Shown here piece by piece: positions 24,352 to 36,814 of a stretch of 64,000 nucleotides of DNA (positions are counted from its first letter, which is position 1; each line of letters starts with the position of its first letter). The position numbers and the translations under genes are program-made. The notes below the pieces were generated by a model. That model was given only the letters and a program-made list of their open reading frames with translations. It was not told where the DNA came from and did no database searches. Origin of the DNA: Veleropilina oligotropha (Eukaryota); the NCBI GenBank assembly GCA_048128005.1, contig JBEUKZ010000093.1, forward strand, positions 434,001 through 498,000. The letters are read 5' to 3'.

Positions 24352-25612
24352 CAGTATAATCCCTCTAAACCGAACACGAATGGGACCGACCAATTTGTTC
24401 GGTTTGGAGGGATGTTCGGTTTACTGAGATATGATGATAAATCTAATTTATTAATACATGTACAGTATAATAAAGACGAACATAAGGAGAATAGTTATTT
24501 ATTTACATGTATGATAGAACAGTATATACAACAATGCATTTAAACTGTAAATTGTCTTAGAAATTTTAAAAAATCGGCATTTGCTCGCATTAGCATTCAT
24601 TTCGTAATTGGCGATGATTTCCGATTTCTTTTTCAAAATGTCGCAAACAGTAGACTTTCCAATTCCAAATTTATCGCCAAGTTCCTTTTGCGTTGGTTTA
24701 GGGACACACTCAGATGCCTTGATAAGTTTAAATTTCTTATCTAATGGCAATTCCAATCGAGCACGTTTTGCTGGTCTCTGTGACATGATTATCGTCGTAC
24801 ATATTGACGTCTAATGGTTTCGTGTATCTTATATACCCACGCAAATGAAAGCCAACTTAATCTTTATTTCACACCAAACATTGAGTTTGCTCAATAAGCG
24901 CACGTTCAACAATGGCATAATCCATATTTCCTGTTGGCATCACAAATTCAAAAATATCAATCACTGACACAGATTAAATCAATGAGTAAAAATCATTTCA
25001 AGTTGCCGACACTACCACCAGAGATTATTTATTGAGAAACTGTTTTAATCATTCAAAAGCAATTGGGTCTCTGACATTTATAATCCGATTACGAGTTCGA
25101 AGATTATTTCTAACAAGTAGCCGACTAATAGAACTTATCAATATCCCCGACGGTTTCTGAAGTTTCGAAAGAAATGCGTGCTTTGACCGCATTGCTTTAA
25201 GCCATGTGCGTGTTTACATTATTGAATAAGGCGTAAATACAATGACGATTCGTGGGACAAAGAGGTAATGAACGTGCATTGATATAGGATTAAAATATGT
25301 CCGACACTACATAATGCTGACTCGTGTTGTTGTCATAACAATTGCGTAATTCATTGAAACAATTCGCCAATTCTAAAGACCCGTTTAGTTTGTACATGTC
25401 CCAGAAAATGCGTTCGGTTTATGGAGTCAATTTTTAGTAGTATTTCGTTATTTGGGACTTCAAATGTTGTTCGGTATTCGGAATTGAGGGAGTTCGGTTT
25501 ATTGAGAACATTTTATATGTAAATTAATAAGGGGGAAAACGGGACCAAGGAAATCGTTCGGAATAGAGAGGAATCCGGTTTTATGAGAGTTCGGTTTAGA
25601 GGGATTATACTG
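24352..25612 (-). mobile_element. pogo/Tigger-like (Tc1/mariner) internally deleted DNA transposon
   Basis: Perfect 24-bp TIR cagtataatccctctaaaccgaac, TA target duplication and subterminal ttcggttt repeats. ORF 24499-24786 encodes a CENP-B-type N-terminal HTH (TQKELGDKFGIGKSTVCDILK). Confidence 0.93.
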
Positions 25613-26497
25613 TATATTCTAACTAATACTAGGTTTACCTAAAAACCTCTTATTAGTAGCAATATACTCTACGTCATTACCAATGCCAGAATAACTTTGG
25701 ACGGTGGGCTAAGTTCTAACGAAATTAATACCCAAACAAGTTACTTACTTGTCACCATGGAGACAGCTAGTATCGCCGACTCGCGTCCGCTCAGGATGGA
25801 ATTACTGAGTATTACAATTCTACCCTTACCTCCGACTGAATTTTGACCAATGAACCTGGGAAAAAACGCCAGAGGTGTTAGTCGGACAAGGTGACGCGAA
25901 AGTGCAATCAGCCCCAGGCAAGGCCGGAGGATAAATCCTGTAGGACTTAGATGTCATGGACCGAAGCAGCTTTTAGTAAACCCTGGGCGTCGAGGCCGGT
26001 AACCAAAAGATGCAGTCAACTTGCGACAAACATACAGTACCTGAAAAGCTTGTGAATGTAACTAGTTATGCAATTATTAATAGATGTAAGTAATATATAC
26101 ACGTACATATTATATTCCATATTAATAATAAATTCGCTTGACCAAATAGCGAAATGCAAACATGTCCCCATGTTACTTAAAGAAAATTTAAAGATTGAAT
26201 GATATTAAATTTTTCAATGTCGCAACACCGTAAGCTCATAACAGCAAATGAACTTCAATAATATCAAAATCTAAAAAAAACCTTTTAAGATTTAGCATTA
26301 TAAATGTCTAATTTCAATGTGAGTGGCATGTGTCATGTGAACTCAGATCTGACAATTTATTCTCAGTCCATAAATAGAAATATTGGACTGCAGACAACAC
26401 AATGAAAACAACACTAATTGTTAGCAAGCTACACAATAGAGTTGCACATAAATGCGGAGTGACTGTATAATTACCAATTAAGTATTTACAATACCTG

Positions 26498-28468
26498 TCA
26501 CCGTGTATTTAACCTTGATGTCCTGGTAATGCAGTGTTGCGCCGCAACACATTGAACACTGGACAAACCATCCGCACCAGTCGAGAAATCGCGTAAATAA
26601 TGCTTAACAAACACATTCGGGTTTCTCCAATACCCTGCTTGTAGCAGGGAGGTAATATTTAGACAATGTCTAAATGCCAGACTCGTCGATATCGCTCTTG
26701 TTTCATGGGCACGGACAGCAATTAGATTGCGGTCAGCTTCGTTGGAACTTGAGTATATCTGCTGAACCGTTCGACAAATCCATCTCGAGATAGTATTCTT
26801 TGATACATCGCGGTTGAAATTGGGCAGGTACGAAATAAACAAGCGTTTTTTGCCTCGTCGAAATTCACGTGTACGGTCCAGATAATACCGAAGCGCGCGC
26901 ACCGGGCAGTTAAGGCGGTCGATGTCGTTTCTACCGACAATAGATAGCGTAGGTATCACGACCTCCGGAGCAATATCGCCTGGCCGCTGGTTTTTAGCAA
27001 TAAATCCTAATATAGGACGTAAAATGACCGATCCGTCAGACTGGAATCTAATATCTCGGAGCTCTGCTGAGAAGCTGTGTATCTCAGAAACCCTTTTGCC
27101 CGACGCAAACGCAATTAGAAATACGGTTTTGTAGGTAAGGTTACATATGGAAGCATTACGTAACGGCTCAAACGGGCTTTCTAGCAGAGCATTAAGTATA
27201 AGGATAATATTCCATGCTGGCGGCCGCGCCAGACAAATCGGTCTTTCGAGTTCGTAGGACCTGATTAAATCATAAATAGTACGGTCTGACGATAAGTCAA
27301 TTCGGGAACGACATTGCTTGAGCGTAGTCGAGATCGAGGCCCGATAACCTTTGACGGCCGAGACAGAAAGTCCTCGTTCGAATAACGACGTAATGAACTC
27401 GATAAATTTGTTCACAGGGGGACGGAGTATATTGACTTCCCGCCTGTGACACCAATCCACATACTTTGACCATCGGTAGTCATAGACTTTAGATGTAGAT
27501 TGTCTTCGCGATCGGTAAATGCGGAGGGCTGTTGCGCGAGAAAATCCTTTCTCAACAAGCGATCGTTCGATAACCGCCCTGCGTGTAAACGAAGTTCGTT
27601 CGACGACGGGTGTAGCACCCGTGAGCGCGGTTGCATTAGCAGGTCCGGCCTTTGCGGTAGCGCAAGCGGTCGATCGACGATGAGATCGAGAAGAGTCGGA
27701 AACCAAGACTGTGTGCGATTTAGAGGCGCTATTAGCGTTATCTCGCAGCGGTCTCGCGATGCCTTCTGTAATACAAGTCGTAGTATGGACGACGGGGGAA
27801 AGGCGTACGCGATCAGATTCTCCCATGGCATTGACAGCGCGTCGACCGCTAGGGCGGCCGGGTCCGGGTACGGGGAGACATACAGAGGGAGTCGGTGATT
27901 GAACTCTGTTGCAAACAGATCGACTTGGGATTGTGACCACCGGCGACAAATTTCCCGAGCTACCTGGCTGTGTAGCGTCCACTCTGTGTGTATTATCTGC
28001 GATTTCCGAGAGAGCGAGTCCGCTCGGACGTTCAATATTCCCGGGATGTGTCGTGCTCGTATCATCGAGTTGAGGGACATCACTAGGCGGTGTAGGTCGA
28101 TAGCCCGGTCGCACAGGGGACGCGAGCGAGTGCCGCCCTGGTGTTGAACGTATGCAACGACAGTTGTGTTGTCCGTGGCCAGCAATATTTGCTTGTTGCG
28201 GAGATGTGACGAGAGGGACCGTACTGTCAGGTAGACCGCTTCTAGCTCTAGGTAGTTTATGTGTCGTCCCTGCAGGTCCGTCGGCCAAAGGCCCGATGTC
28301 TCGTAACTGTCGAGGTGACCTCCCCAGCCCTCGTTCGAAGCGTCCGTGTATAGGAAGGCGTTCGGCTCTGGCGGGGAAATGGGAACCGACTGGCTCGGCA
28401 AAGCGGAGTTCAGCCACACTGCTGTCGAGTGATTGAACCAATGCCGAAGATCTATACGATCCGTCCAC
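26498..28468 (-). CDS. Copy C tyrosine recombinase (catalytic domain intact)
   Basis: Contains GKRVSE, CPVRAL, HETR, GYW and VKHY. The upstream part of the frame is broken by indels. Confidence 0.85.
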   Translation of the reverse strand: MDGSYRSSALVQSLDSSVAELRFAEPVGSHFPARAERLPIHGRFERGLGRSPRQLRDIGPLADGPAGTTHKLPRARSGLPDSTVPLVTSPQQANIAGHGQHNCRCIRSTPGRHSLASPVRPGYRPTPPSDVPQLDDTSTTHPGNIERPSGLALSEIADNTHRVDATQPGSSGNLSPVVTIPSRSVCNRVQSPTPSVCLPVPGPGRPSGRRAVNAMGESDRVRLSPVVHTTTCITEGIARPLRDNANSASKSHTVLVSDSSRSHRRSTACATAKAGPANATALTGATPVVERTSFTRRAVIERSLVEKGFSRATALRIYRSRRQSTSKVYDYRWSKYVDWCHRREVNILRPPVNKFIEFITSLFERGLSVSAVKGYRASISTTLKQCRSRIDLSSDRTIYDLIRSYELERPICLARPPAWNIILILNALLESPFEPLRNASICNLTYKTVFLIAFASGKRVSEIHSFSAELRDIRFQSDGSVILRPILGFIAKNQRPGDIAPEVVIPTLSIVGRNDIDRLNCPVRALRYYLDRTREFRRGKKRLFISYLPNFNRDVSKNTISRWICRTVQQIYSSSNEADRNLIAVRAHETRAISTSLAFRHCLNITSLLQAGYWRNPNVFVKHYLRDFSTGADGLSSVQCVAAQHCITRTSRLNTR

Positions 28469-31400
28469 TGTCCCGTCCGTTGCACCCAGCGGTCCCTGAA
28501 GGCCTGCTGTAACGGTCGTTTGTCTATTCGTCCTGTCGGTAGCAGGGGCGCTACCGACTCGATGTGCCCCAGGACAGTGGCCAGTTGTCGCGCCGTGGCT
28601 ATCCCCGATGACCTTGTGTCCTGGATAACTGCGCGTAGGTTCACGATACGATTCTCGGTTGGCTTCGCGGTGTACCGGACCGTGTCGAAGACGACCCGAG
28701 GAACGTAAACGTCGTCGAGGGCACGAAGCAGGATTTCTCGTTGTTGATCTGTAATCCTAGGCGCTTCGCCGATGACAGGGTAACGCTCATAGACTGGAGG
28801 CACTGATCCCGGGACGCCCCGAGAATCAACCAGTCGTCGAGGTACATGTGTACTCTGTGCCCTAGCGAGTGTAGGAAGGCCCCGAGAGCCTGTACTACCC
28901 GCGTGAAGACGTAGGGGGCTGACGATAGACCGAACGGTAGGCACCTGAATTGGTAGATCGTCTCCCCGTGTATAAACCTGAGGTACTGATGAGCCGAGGC
29001 ATGCATCGGAACGTGTAAGTACGCATCTGTCAGGTCGATAGACGCTGCCCAGTCGCCCGGACGGATGGCCGCTCGTATCTTCGAGAGTGTTTCTTGCTGG
29101 AACTTCTCGGTACGCAAATAGCGGTTGAGGTGCGAGAGATCGAGGATCGGTCTCCAGCGGCCATCGGGTTTCGGGACCAGGAAGAAATGGCTGTAAAATC
29201 CTGGTGTGCTGGGCGGCGCGGGATAGATGGCTCCTTTTAGGAGTAAGTCCCGCACTGCCTGGTCTAAGACCGCTTGCTTCTCTCCGTGAAGGAGGCGAGC
29301 GTGTCTTGGTGGTGGTGTCACGGATAGGGTTGGATGCCGGTTGAACGCCAACTGAGTGGACCCAGCTGCTGTCTGTCAGCTCTAGCCACGTCTGGCTGTA
29401 GCCTAACAGGCACGCTCCCACCGGCGGGAGCGCGCAGCTGAGCACGTCGCGAGTGCCGGCAACCCTAGGGCCGTGACGGCTTCCCTCTCCCGCTCTGACG
29501 GGATTTAGTTGGAGGGCCTTTTTTCTCGCTGGATTTCCGGGCCGGAGGCCCACCCCGAGAAGGTCTGGCTCGCTTGGAAGCTTTCGCGCCCTGAGTCGGG
29601 GCCGAACGCTTCCTTGAGGGGGCAGGTTGAGTACCCCGAGGGATAGTCAATACTGCGCGCTCAATCGCACGATCTTTCAGCTCGACGGCTCTCTTGTCGA
29701 CGAATTCGGTGAACTCGCCTCCGAAGAGAGTCGGGGCCGACAAGGGCACACATCGCAGAGAACGCCGGGTGGCGTCGTCTAACGATGTGCCCTCGAGGCA
29801 GGCATCCCTACGAAGTAGGAGCGCATTGCCTAAGACACGCGCGGACTCCAACGCGTTGTTCTCCGTGGCGGCAGCAACCTCGTGGAGGAAAGACAGGGCG
29901 GTCTCGCGAGCGCCGGGTCCGTCCTCCTGTAGAACGGCTATCGCACCGTCCAGGAACGAGTCCTTTACAGACGACAGCCGCAGAGCTCGTCGGGCAGAGC
30001 TCTCGAAGGCATCCATGGCGGCCCATGGTACCTTTGCTACCGAGGGAGCTTGACTGGCAGACAGACGACGCATCGCTACGTCAATCTGTGCTGGCTCAGG
30101 CACGGCTCAGTAAGAGCGATCGGCAACGATCGCGTACTGGGCCGGAGGTATCTTCCTCTACGGAGGCCCCGAGGGAACTCCGTGAGAGAAGACGTCTCCA
30201 CTGTCTTGCCTCCCTGAATGGCCCGGGTGGTCTGATCCAGAACCAGATCCACCAAGCCAGACTGGGGGAGTACGGGAAGCTGGGGAGCCTCCGACTCAGC
30301 AAAACGGTGTGCTGCCGTCCTGTGCTTGATCGTACCTACCGGCCGGGCCGGGTCGGGTAGATCTAGCACCCTGCGAAGCGACGCGACTGCGTCGTATCTT
30401 CGGCGGGTGGCGGAGATCGGCTCCTGCAAGCCTGATTGACTACGAGAGTCATCGGGACCGACCGATTCAAGAAGATCGGAGCGATCGGAGGGGACGTCCT
30501 CGTCGGAACGAGGGTCGACCTCCATCACCGAGGCAGGAGCCGTGCTCTGGGCCACGAGCAGAGACCTGGGGCGGCTGAACAGCCGGAAGCCAGGCCCTAC
30601 TGCGGGTCTCGAATTCCGCCGCAATCATCGCCTGGACGCTCTCCATAGAGAGACCAACAGGCAAGACGGGCGTCGATCCAACAGCCAGTGGATCGCTCGA
30701 GGACATCGTGGCACATGGTAGACGGGCTGCTGGGCCAGATTGATACGAGTACCAGGGTCTCGCATCACCTGACGAGCGGTTACTCCCGGAGAACGGGCCA
30801 AAAGGCGTGTTAACCGGAGCTCGACCTCCGAAAGACTGCGGCCACAGTCCCGTGGAGGTCGCCGCTCTGTTCAGGGGGTAGACGGGGGAAGCTCCCGCGT
30901 ACATACCCATCCCGAACGCAGCCGGTCCGTCCGCGCCAACTAGTCTGTACCCAAGGGGGACAGGGGAGTCGGCGGGCCCTCCGACAAGACTGGGAGCTCC
31001 GAGGTGTAAGGACGAACCCTGGGGAGGGTCGGTCGCACCATCGGCCAGTGAGTCGGGTGTCGTTGGTGGTCCGGATCTTAAACCACCTTGGTGGTGTCCG
31101 GCAACTGTTCCAACTTGCTCTGCCGTCAGCAGTATGCCGCTCGACATACCGCTTATGACAGAAGGACTAGCCGTCCCCTGCTCTTCCGAGGCCGGAAGAG
31201 AGGAAGGGGACAGCCTGCCCTGCTCAGCTGTTCGCTGTAAGGTCCGGTGTACCATGCTAGCCGGCATGGCACTATTGGACGCAGCTACTAGGCCCGTGGT
31301 TCGAGGAGAAACGGACTGCACTCGGGCTCCTCTTACCTGGTCTTGAACCTGGGACGCCGGCGAGGTTCCCACGGTTTTCCCCAAAACCGTAGCGGTTTCG

Positions 31401-31702
31401 TCGGCGGGTCCTGCAACCTGCGATGCCCCAGTTCGCTGGTCGCTTCGCGTCCCTGAAACAGACGAATCAGAAATTATCCCCGACTTACCCGTCGTCTGTT
31501 CCTCCGGGGGAAGCCCAACAGAGACGGACTCCCTGGTAGCCCTTTTCTCTGGTGGGTAAATAAGTGCCCACTGCCGATCCGTTAAAATTAGACATTTAGC
31601 ACAAGGGTATTTCTTAGCACAACTACGGTGTATGCGACATACCGAATGCTTGTCGAAGCTGTGTATCTTTTGGTTACACTCAGGCTCACTGCAACGGACC
31701 AT
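27412..31702 (-). pseudogene. Copy C gag (31702-29465) and RT/RH/MTase (~29466-27412), frameshifted
   Basis: Homologous to copy B but split across several ORFs by small deletions. Confidence 0.9.
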
Positions 31703-32841
31703 GGCTGATTACACGGGTAGGAAAGGTAGTGGGAACCGGGAATTTTAAGGGATATCCGGGTAGTACGCTTCACGTGTTGTTTAACTACTACACCTTATAT
31801 AGGGGTCTCTAATCCGAAGTATATAGGAAAAGACCGGATATCAACCCTAAATTGTTATGAATCACACTTCGGATTGCTTTAGCAACCGAAGTACAGACAA
31901 GTAACCCGACTAGAATTAACACCAAGCCCGACGTATAAGCTTTATTAAACGGCTCGTCGGACACTAGCAAATTGAATGCAGGCGGATATATATAGATAGT
32001 AGGAGGCTATATATGAAACAGCCGCCTTTAAACACCTGAAAACCTCGTGGATGTTGATTTCAATAGGTTAGAGCTTTGGCGAAATATCCCAGATTCGGCA
32101 GATAGGCTAAATAACGCCCGTTAAAACCTAAATATCTGCCTTGTTAGCGACGCTAAATTCGATTGAACAAAGTTACTAAGAATTTAAGCAAGATACGCCG
32201 CTAAGGAATTATCTAATATATATATGAATTACAAGTAATTTCAAGCAATATTAGAAACCAAACACTTCTTCCTTTGAAAGGATTCGCCTATGCGAAGCTT
32301 TCCCGCTTGAAGAACCTTCCCTCCTGAGCGGCCCTCTTTAGATCACTTTGTAAATCCAAGATGGCGGGCCGAAAACCTCGTGGCCAGAATCACACAACTT
32401 TTAAAATTGATAACTCGACCTGAATACTCAGTACACAGTTACATTGCTTCTTCAGATCATAAATAATTATGAACGGCACAATATTGTGCGAAAGAAACTT
32501 GTTTTAAAGTAACTTATTATCGTCTATTTTTAACTAGACTGTAAGCACGTCCGGACAGACTGACGGATGACTTAAAAATGATACCAGATCTGTCTTGGTC
32601 TCTGAGGTCTCGCGAGACTTGGGCAGATCTCGTGAGAGGAACGCGAGAGAGGTGAGCAGGGGGGGTAAGCGTGTATATTTAAAAGAAAGTGAAACGCTTT
32701 TTCACAGTTTCCGGTTTAGCGATAATATGGCTATTATGGCATTGGTAATGACGTAGAGTATATTGCTACTAATATGGCGGCCTGGGAGTCTCCCTCCGCA
32801 AGCGTAACCGCGGCCAGCTTCTGTTGTTCAGCCTGAAAAGA

Positions 32842-33005
32842 GATGATGATGGATTGATGTTTAACGACCACGCCAATTGTATTTCAGTCATAAACCGGAT
32901 AAATCAATTGGCGCTGTGTGCATTGGAGGCAGTGATAATGGGAAAATCCCCGGCACTCGCGGTGCATAATCCCATGATCTTCCGTTTATAGGCCAGCACC
33001 ATATT
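32842..33005 (-). mobile_element. SINE family 3, partial copy in the last PHB intron
   Basis: gatgatgatggattgatgtttaacgaccacgccaa..tatttcagt..tgtgtgcattggaggcag matches 56531 onward. Confidence 0.8.
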
Positions 33006-33045
33006 TAATCTGTGATGAAACATTAAACGCAACCAGCAGTCTCGA

Positions 33046-34163
33046 TGGGCCAGTGGTCCGCGTGTTGGTCACTCAGCCGAGACCATCAGGTGGTCACCTC
33101 GGTGGGCCAGTGGTCACTCAGCCCAGACCGTCAGGTGGGCACCTCGGCAGGCCAGTGGTCAGCATGTTGGTCACTCAGCCGAGACCGTCAGGTGGGTGCA
33201 TCGGCGGGCCAGTGGTCACTCGGCCGAGACCGTCAGGTGGGCGCCTCGGTGGGCCAGTGGTCACTTGGCCAAGACTGTCAGGTGGGCGCCTTGGTGGGCC
33301 AGTAGTCAGCATATTGGTCACTCGGCCAAGACCGTCAGGTGTGTGCCTCGGCGGGTCAGTGGTCACTCAGCCGAGACCGTCATGTGGGCGCCTCGGTGGG
33401 CCAGTGGTCAGCATGTTGGACACTCAGCCGAGACCATCAGGTGGGCCAGTGGTCAGCATGTTGGACACTCAGCCAAGACCGTCAGGTGGGCGCCTCGGCA
33501 GGCCAGTGGTCAGCATGTTGGACACTCAGCCAAGACCGTAGGTGGGCCAGTGGTCAGCATGTTGAACACTCAGCCGAGACCATCAGGTGGGCCAGTGGTC
33601 AGCATGATGGACACTCAGCCAAGACCGTCAGGTGGGCGCCGTGGCAGGCCAGTGGTCAGCATGTTGGACACTCAGCCGAGACCGTCAGGTGGGCCAGTGG
33701 TCAGCATGTTGGACACTCAGCCAAGACCGTCAGGTGGGCGCCTCAGCAGGCCAGTGGTCAGCATTTTGGACACTCAGCCGAGACCGTCAGGTGGGCCAGT
33801 GGTCAGCATGTTGGACACTCAGCCAAGACCGTCAGGTGAGTGCCTCGGTGGGCCAGTGGTCAGCATGTTGGACACTCAGCCGAGACCGTCAGGTGGGCGC
33901 CTCGGTGAGCCAGTGGTCAGCATGTTGACACTCAGCCGAGACCGTCAGGTGAGTGCCTCGGTGGGCCAGTGGTCAGCATGTTGGACACTCAGCCGAGACC
34001 ATCAGGTGGGCACCTCGTGGGCCAGTGGTCAGCATGTTGGACACTCAGCCGAGACCGTCAGGTGGGCCAGTGGTCAGCATGTTGAACACTCAGCCGAGAC
34101 CGTCAGGTGAGTGCCTCGGTGGGCCAATGGTCAGCATGTTGAACACTCAGCCAAGACCGTCAG
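33046..34163. repeat. GC-rich minisatellite with ~45- and ~57-bp variant units
   Basis: Core ggccagtggtcagcatgttggacactcagccgagaccgtcaggt, repeated about 20 times. Confidence 0.92.
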
Positions 34164-36494
34164 GGCGGGGTTCGAGGCCAGTCGACAGTTTATTCCGCTT
34201 AACACAATAGAAGGCCTACGTCCTATATGTCGGTCATATTGGAGCGAGACCTACAAATGGATGTCCCAACTGCAATATTATAAGGTTGAAAAATTGCCAA
34301 ATGTTGTCTTTAAACAAAGTTGCCAATTAACATTATGCCATAAAGATATTGGATATCTCCGTTACCTTTTCCACAACATATCTGGCTCTTTCTGCTTCTT
34401 GTTGAGCGACTTGTTTCAGCTCGACTGCTTCTGTAAATTCTTTTCCAAATGTTAAATGTGTCTGAAAGACAATACCATACCTGGTGTAACCCAGCATACA
34501 TCACAAAGGAACAAACATTACATAGAGCCAATGATTTCATTTGAATTGATGCTTGATTTCAGTAATAATTTAGCTATTTCAAGTTTGAACAATAAGATAT
34601 TTTAAATACAATTGCAAAATTATTAATAGTACATTAAAATACTACCTCTACAAGAAATTGATTTAAATTAAAAGCATCTGTCATCTACACAAATGTAAAG
34701 TAGACCAACAAATTTTGTGCCAATAGGTGTTTTTAAACCTTTGTTACACATATGCTATTATTATGGTATTTATAAATTTATTGAAGTGTTCTAATAATAG
34801 CCAGATTTATATTAAGTATTCAACGTTATTGGCTTCTTCCTTTTCCCTCCAAACAGCAAGAGTATCATTTGATAAGAAATACTTCATGAATAACCATTCA
34901 AAAACCCTAACATTTTTATGTGGTTTCAAACAAGGGCCAAAATTCTGAAAATTATAATATTAAATAACCTACAGACTCTTATTCATGAATACCCAGCTTA
35001 GGGTATATATTGCAGAGGCGTACGACCTTCAAAAGTTGGCAAGGTCGCCAATCTTTGAACTTGTACATGGCCCATGTACACCAAATAGTGTCCGCATGTA
35101 GTGCGAGCTCAGGTAGGATAGCCTTTCCAATCGCTATATGCCTCGCCAGAATTTAGTCGTGGGACATAATTAAAACCAGACACCTACTTTTATCATGTAA
35201 TAATGTCATTAAGTTTAAAATGTGATGCACGTGTCTGAGAATCTATAAACATTAATTTACCAACTATATATCATCGAGAATGATTCCAAACTGGACTCCT
35301 CGCTGAGTCAGCTCATCACTGACTTGCTGCGACACGATCTCTCTCTGCGTGATAAGCTCGCCTGCATCGAACTGAGCCTGCAAAATAGAAATATGTCAAG
35401 AGTTATCTCCCATCAGAATAAGTTTATTTCTCAATCTCAGCTTGCAAATTGAGCCAGTGAATGTAAATATGATAAGAGCTTTCTCCAATCAGAAAATGCC
35501 TATTTCTCAACCCGAGTCTGTCAAATATACACATGAGAACTTGAAATGTAAATATGGCAAGTGTTATCACCAAAGATTAATCTTTCTTAATATGTATCAT
35601 CTACATGCCAGAATAAGAAAGAGACAAGGGATGAAGTGCACATTATGACACACACGCCTGCACGAATTGGCGAAGAATACTGTTATATTTATAGAGGGGC
35701 AGGGGGCAGGCAGTTGTGAGAGGGGGGAAAGATGGGAAACTGGGGGGGGGGGGGGAAATGGGGAGCCAGGAAATAGGTGATTTCAGCGAAATCAGGCAGA
35801 TGTGCGGGGAGGGCTGGGGAAATTGGGGGGGGGGAAATTGAGGGGAGAAACTGTGGGGGAAATGGAGAATTTCAGCTAAATCACCCATTTATAAACGGGT
35901 GTGCCCGCTAGTCCACTAATAAAGTTCTATACTTGGTGTCTTTGAACATTTTGACACACTCACCACAACAATAGCAAGGCATTTAATAATAATCGATGTT
36001 CACACTCACCACAACAGTAGCAAGGCATTCTCGTTGTGTACACTCAGCAAGGCATTCTCAGTGTTAACACAAGGCATTTTCAGTATTTATATAAAAAACT
36101 CAGTGTTTACACTCATCACCAAAGCGGCGAAGCATTCTCAATGTTTGCAGTAAGCATTTATCAATGTTTACACTCACCACGACAGACTTCAGGACTTCAT
36201 TGATGACTGAAGGGAGCACTCGGTCATCATAGTCAATGCCTAGTGTCTTGTACAGGTTGGGAAGAACATCTATTTTAGGGCGGAACAGAACACGTATGGT
36301 GATGTTAACGTTCTGCAAATCTGAAAGATCAAAAGATAATTTCGTGTGTTGATCATTATATGCTATGATGACAACCATTAAGCTATACCAGATGTACTCT
36401 CTCTCCGATATTCTGATACATTACACATTCAGAGTGAATTTCATCATAAATTTGATGACCATGATGTACATGTTATATAGCGTCACCAGTTTAA

Positions 36495-36814
36495 GAGATG
36501 CCGTTGTGGCTCAGTGGGTTGTTCACAGGACTCTGGTCACAGAGTCTCAGGTTCGCCCCCAGAGCTCGGCGATTTCACTTGGGCAAGGAAATAAGCATAT
36601 ATTTGCCTCGGTCCACCCAGCCGATCTGAATGGGTACCTGGTTGGCAGTTATGTAAGTCATGGCGCTACTCGCGTGTAAATGACTGTAATGCTCCCAGAG
36701 GGAGTTGAGATGGCATATCGAGTGGAAGAGGCCAATAACCAGGGGTAAAAATGTTCAGCGCATCGAGACACTAGCGTAATAAAGTGCTATATAAGACCGG
36801 AGTATTATTATTAT
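36495..36814 (+). mobile_element. tRNA-derived SINE family 2 (Nin/Deu-like core, (TAT)n tail)
   Basis: tggctcagtgg A-box, ggttcg B-box, cttgggcaagg..ccacccagc..aatgggtacctg core and gctatataag..tattattat tail. Second copy at 51530. Confidence 0.85.

Larger units (their letters stand above)
24034..32774 (-). mobile_element. DIRS1-like YR retrotransposon copy C, full length, with nested pogo element
   Basis: ITRs at ~24066-24261 and 32568-32764; ICR at 24337-25687 (interrupted); three ORFs on the minus strand. Confidence 0.96.
23882..36320 (-). pseudogene. PHB1: Prohibitin-1 gene, disrupted; exons 36320-36178, 35377-35261, 34461-34366, 32832-32775 + 24033-23882
   Basis: AG/GT-bounded exons translate to DLQNVNITIRVLFRP..VLKSVV / [19 protein letters not shown] / [32 protein letters not shown] / [42 protein letters not shown]. 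In-frame TAG at 35264-35266; last exon split by DIRS C. 5' exons were not found in the window. Confidence 0.93.

Noticed and set aside
35696..35862. G-run-rich intronic tract as a functional G-quadruplex
   Set aside because: Low-complexity sequence with no comparative support in this window.
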